Part shown: one piece after another, positions 60,231 through 64,000 of the stretch
Layout of the letters: each line of letters opens with the position of its first letter
How positions within the stretch are numbered: the first letter of the stretch is position 1
Assembly: GCA_010093815.1 (NCBI GenBank)
Contig: ML996577.1
Direction: 5' to 3' (one strand)
Source: Pseudovirgaria hyperparasitica
Taxonomy: Eukaryota
DNA length: 64,000 nt
Translations under genes and position numbers: made by a program
The notes under the pieces: generated by a model
Told to the model about the DNA's origin: nothing
What the model saw: the letters and a program-made list of their open reading frames with translations, nothing else
Database searches by the model: none

Positions 60231-61990
60231 TTACTTTCTCTCCAGGGTAGCGTGCAATTTATGTTCCCTCATGAACGCACTACTTACCATGCCTAAGACC
60301 GCTAACCCGGCACACGTCCACCACACACTGCGAAACGCCGTAACATAGCTATCCAAAACACCCGGGTACCATCCTATTGGCAAACTTTTGATCTCGTCCA
60401 CACTATCCCGAATCCTCCCGATCTCGTCCGCAGCGCCCGGCTGGTCGCCGAACGTGCGCCAAAGCTCACTTTTGAGGATATTCTGAAACACCGCTGACGC
60501 GATTGTGATTCCGATAGTCGAGCCTGTTGCACGACAGGCGTAGGACGCGGATGTGATTACCGCTTGATGCTCGTGGTCGACGGCGGCGATAAGGGCGAGG
60601 AGGGTAATAACAAGCATGACGGTGTAGCTCGTGCCGGTTATGAATAGATATATGAACGGTGGCCACATTGGTGACCCAGGCACAAGGGTGACCGCAATAA
60701 GAATAAGCGCCATAAGTCTGGATGCTTCGGAGCTCATCATAAGCGCGTAATAGCGACCGGTAATGCGCATACCGTATCCGGCGAGCATGCCTCCGATTGC
60801 GGTGCCGAAGGCTTGGGGGACAAGACGTGCGCCGGCTCGTGTTGCGCTCATCCCGTTGACCTGAAAGTAGATTGGGACGTAATATAAGATGCCGTACTGC
60901 GCCATTGATTGGAACCAGTTCGTCAGGCAGGCAGCAGCGACGGTGCGGTTGAGGAGGAGACGCACAGGGATGATTGGCTCCGGAGCTACTTGGTCTTCGA
61001 CGTAAACAAAGATGCAGAGCGTGACAACCGATGCGATGATGCTGGAGATGACAAGCGGGTGTGACCAAGGGACCGTGTTACCGCCTGAATTGAGGCCCAT
61101 GAGAAGTAGAACGAGGGACGCGACGAGAAGGAAGGATCCGAGGAAGTCGACACGTTTGATGCGAGACACGTCCTTCTCTTTGACGGGTATATGCACATTG
61201 AAGAAGACGAGGACGGCAGATATGGCGATGCAAGGACATTGGATGAGGAATGCCCAACGCCAGCCCATCAGGTCGTTGATCCATCCGCCATACACGCCAC
61301 CTAGACCGGAACCGAGACCCCAGCATAGGTTACCAATTCCTTGCCATAGACCACGTTGGCGTAATGGGATCAGATCGCTGGCTATGAACGTTGAGATAGA
61401 GTTGATTCCACTATAGAAGGTCAGTAAATTGACTGTCCGCAACGACCATTATGAAGAGGCTTACCCTCCACCCAAGCCTTGTATCACGCGGCCAAAGATC
61501 ATGACTTCTGGAGTCTTGGCCAAGCCGCATATCAGATTTCCTGTGAAGAATAGCGCATTGCAGGATATCAGACCAGCGCGGCGCCCAAAGATATCTGTCA
61601 GTTTTCCGCTCAAAGGAGTGAAAGCTGCATTTGCTATCAAGTACGAAGCGGCAATCCACGAAAGAAGCGTGAAAGACTGGAACGACGTGGCAATTGGAGC
61701 CCCTAGCGTTGCTACGATAGTGGAATCTGATCGTTGTCAGAATAAAAGTATACACATACGATGAAATTCAAAGTACCCAAAGCAGCCAGGAAACATCCAA
61801 ACCAGCAGCTGCTCATGATCAATAATAGCTTCAGTGTCCCCGGCGATTGGGCCAGAGTCACGTCTGAATGGTTCCTTGGAATACGAGTCTCAACATCTTC
61901 AATGACATTGGAGCTCTCATGGTCCAATAAAGGACTGCGCTCAGTCGCGTGCGGGGTTGATGAAGGATGTAGAGTGCTAGGCGCCGCCAT
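60231..61990 (-). CDS. MFS transporter, 14-TMS DHA2/Vba-like; complement(join(60231..61410,61465..61726,61777..61990))
   Basis: N-terminal ERSPLL dileucine-like signal, LAALDSTIVAT, PLSGKLTDIFGRR, GRVIQGLGGGG, SDLIPLRQRGLWQG, GWRWAFLIQ. Confidence 0.93.
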
Positions 61991-63294
61991 GAGTAGCGTC
62001 CTGAGTTGTCAAGAAGACGTCGGCAAGTCTGGTTCGTGATGATGAGCAGCTTTGCAAGATATATACGTGCAGGCGTGCGTGACAAGGAAATCTAGCACTC
62101 ATGAGCTCCCACGAGTCGATTTTCGGGTTTAAATTTCAACACTACCATTGCCCTAACCCTGGCCCCTGTCGCCGATCTCGATACACCAGATGTCACTAAA
62201 CTATATTTGCTGTAGCGCACAATCCTGCGCCTCCTCCCGTCCCGAGGGTTCCAAAGATGAGGTCGATTCCAGCTGTTTGTTTTGACCTCTTGTAGGATAT
62301 CGAGGGCTGTTAGATGCTCTCATCACGTTCGCTGAACAACAATCCAGACAATCATGCCCCATACGTATCTCGCTGTCGCGTGCTCATGATACCCATGGAG
62401 ATCCGCGGAACCAGCGCTTGAGAGGGGTCGTTCAGACTCGTTCAGTCGTTCTGACTCGATAGGCTCCTGTCGTGCGAGGCTCAAGCTGGGCGTAAGAGTG
62501 GTGGCGTGCATAGCTGAACCTGCGAGGCCGTAGCGATCTGCGGATGGAGGCCATGCGGACTGTTAGCTGGCTACGAGACGAAGGTCACCTCAAATTCAGA
62601 CGACCAGAACCATGTTTTGCTACATTCGAGCGCCATCGGGCAACATTCATGCTACAAGAGAAAAATGAGGACGAGGATTTGTGCGAGTATTAATGTTTCC
62701 TAGGTTAGATCGGAGGGTTATAAGACGGCCAATCGGACCGGATGTTTGTGTTTGTTCGTCGTACTGTTGTTCTGTCTTACATAGGGGCGAGGGGGCAGGG
62801 GTAGATAGAAGTGGAGCGGTTCTGTATTTTACGCACCAAGGGCCCCCGATGCTCCTTTGATGCCAGTAGCTTCCATTCGAGGCTGCACGGGCCACAAAGA
62901 AAAGATTGATACCATGAAGTAATACCATTCCTCGACCCTAAGCCCATCAGTGCACTCTACGAAGTCCTGAAAACTTGCGCTCATTGCAGTCCTCGCATGG
63001 TCGGCACCTTAGTGTCTCCTTTCTATACGCTCATGGAACCACAACATCTGCGCAATGTAGCTGGGACTCGCTACCGCGTCGCTCTTCGAATGGTTGGAAT
63101 GCAGATGATACCCCAAATAATGCTCCGCACCCCTGATCGGACACCGGACAATGCCAAAATCGATCTGTTTGAGCATTATACGATGCGTTGTTCAAATGTG
63201 AAGTGGTTGAAGAACCATCTCGGTCCCTTTAATTCGACCGGCACTCTTGTGACGCCAAAACTCCCCAGACGCTCCCAGACTCGCTGAACTCGCC

Positions 63295-64000
63295 ATGTCG
63301 TATCTCAAGAGAAAAGGGCTCTCCAGACGATCTTTAAGACATATAATTCTGACATCGCTACTGCTGTGTACGTTGTGGAAACTACATAGCTTCCACAATG
63401 CCGTGGCACGCATCACCCGTCTCGAGCGAGACGCGACATGCGATCATTTTCGGCACATCACTTCAGACATCTTTGTCATGGTTAAGACAGGCTCGTGCGA
63501 GATTAATCATAAGCTACCCATTCACCTCCATACTTCCTTGCGATGCATACCTTCTTATGCCATCTTCTCCGACCATCAGGACGAGTTTCACGGCATCGAG
63601 GTCCACGATGCTTTTGAGGGCCAAGTAAGTCAGAAGATCATGTATGAGTACGAGGAGTTCCACATGTACAGGAAGATGAAAGACGTTGGCGGCTGTTCTG
63701 GTCTCAATGCAACAGACGTTGTGTCCAAAGGTATCGCCAATATCAACGGCAACTCTCAAAATCGCGGTTGGATGCTCGACAGATTCAAGTTTCTGCCTAT
63801 ACTCCGCCAGGCATATCAGTATCGTCCAGAAGCGAAGTGGTACGTACTTATTGAAACGGATGCAACATTTGTTTGGCCCAATTTGCACGATTGGCTTCAA
63901 CACCTGGATCCGAATCTGCCATATTATCTTGGATCGCAGACTCAAATCGGAACTCAGCAGTTTGCCCAAGGCGGAGCTGGGACCATAATTTCGAACGCGG
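63295..64000 (+). CDS. Glycosyltransferase family 31 (Fringe/core-1 beta-1,3-GalT-like), type II membrane protein, 3'-partial
   Basis: Absent from the ORF track because there is no stop in the window. Manual translation: MSYLKRK..TM segment, VMVKTG, GWMLDRFKF, AKWYVLIETDATFVWPNL, LDPNLPYYLGS, FAQGGAG. Confidence 0.9.
   Translation, partial: MSYLKRKGLSRRSLRHIILTSLLLCTLWKLHSFHNAVARITRLERDATCDHFRHITSDIFVMVKTGSCEINHKLPIHLHTSLRCIPSYAIFSDHQDEFHGIEVHDAFEGQVSQKIMYEYEEFHMYRKMKDVGGCSGLNATDVVSKGIANINGNSQNRGWMLDRFKFLPILRQAYQYRPEAKWYVLIETDATFVWPNLHDWLQHLDPNLPYYLGSQTQIGTQQFAQGGAGTIISNA

Noticed and set aside
62997..63287. 96-aa ORF immediately before the GT31 gene
   Set aside because: No recognisable domain; it ends 7 nt before the GT31 ATG and is probably promoter or leader sequence.

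Overview
Eukaryotic DNA from a filamentous ascomycete (Pezizomycotina, probably a Dothideomycete), with short GT/GC-AG introns and CTAAC-type branch points. I built about 19 protein-coding gene models by hand: complex I 30 kDa subunit, Atg13, an ankyrin-RCC1-BTB protein, a heme-thiolate peroxidase, GH15-CBM20 glucoamylase, a JlbA/IDI-4-like bZIP, a DUF952 protein, a secreted NucA/NucB-motif protein and its acidic neighbour, Bud27/URI, Tfb3/MAT1, two hypothetical proteins, D-amino-acid oxidase, a GH5 glucanase, a large coiled-coil protein, a 3-exon orphan, an MFS transporter and a partial GT31. There is also a U6 snRNA gene with a complete Pol III promoter. Most interesting: (1) a secreted, Kex2-cleavable multidomain protein carrying the Bacillus NucB catalytic motifs (R-x6-H, DRDEWP, ENRGAGS), followed directly by a cytosolic acidic gene that could be an immunity protein, suggesting a fungal nuclease toxin/immunity pair; (2) a bZIP gene with three uORFs and a 165-codon AUG-less in-frame extension, suggesting non-AUG, Gcn4/cpc-1-like translational control; (3) a divergent U6 snRNA with compensatory changes beside the catalytic AGC triad. 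All family assignments come from motif recognition by eye; no database searches were run.
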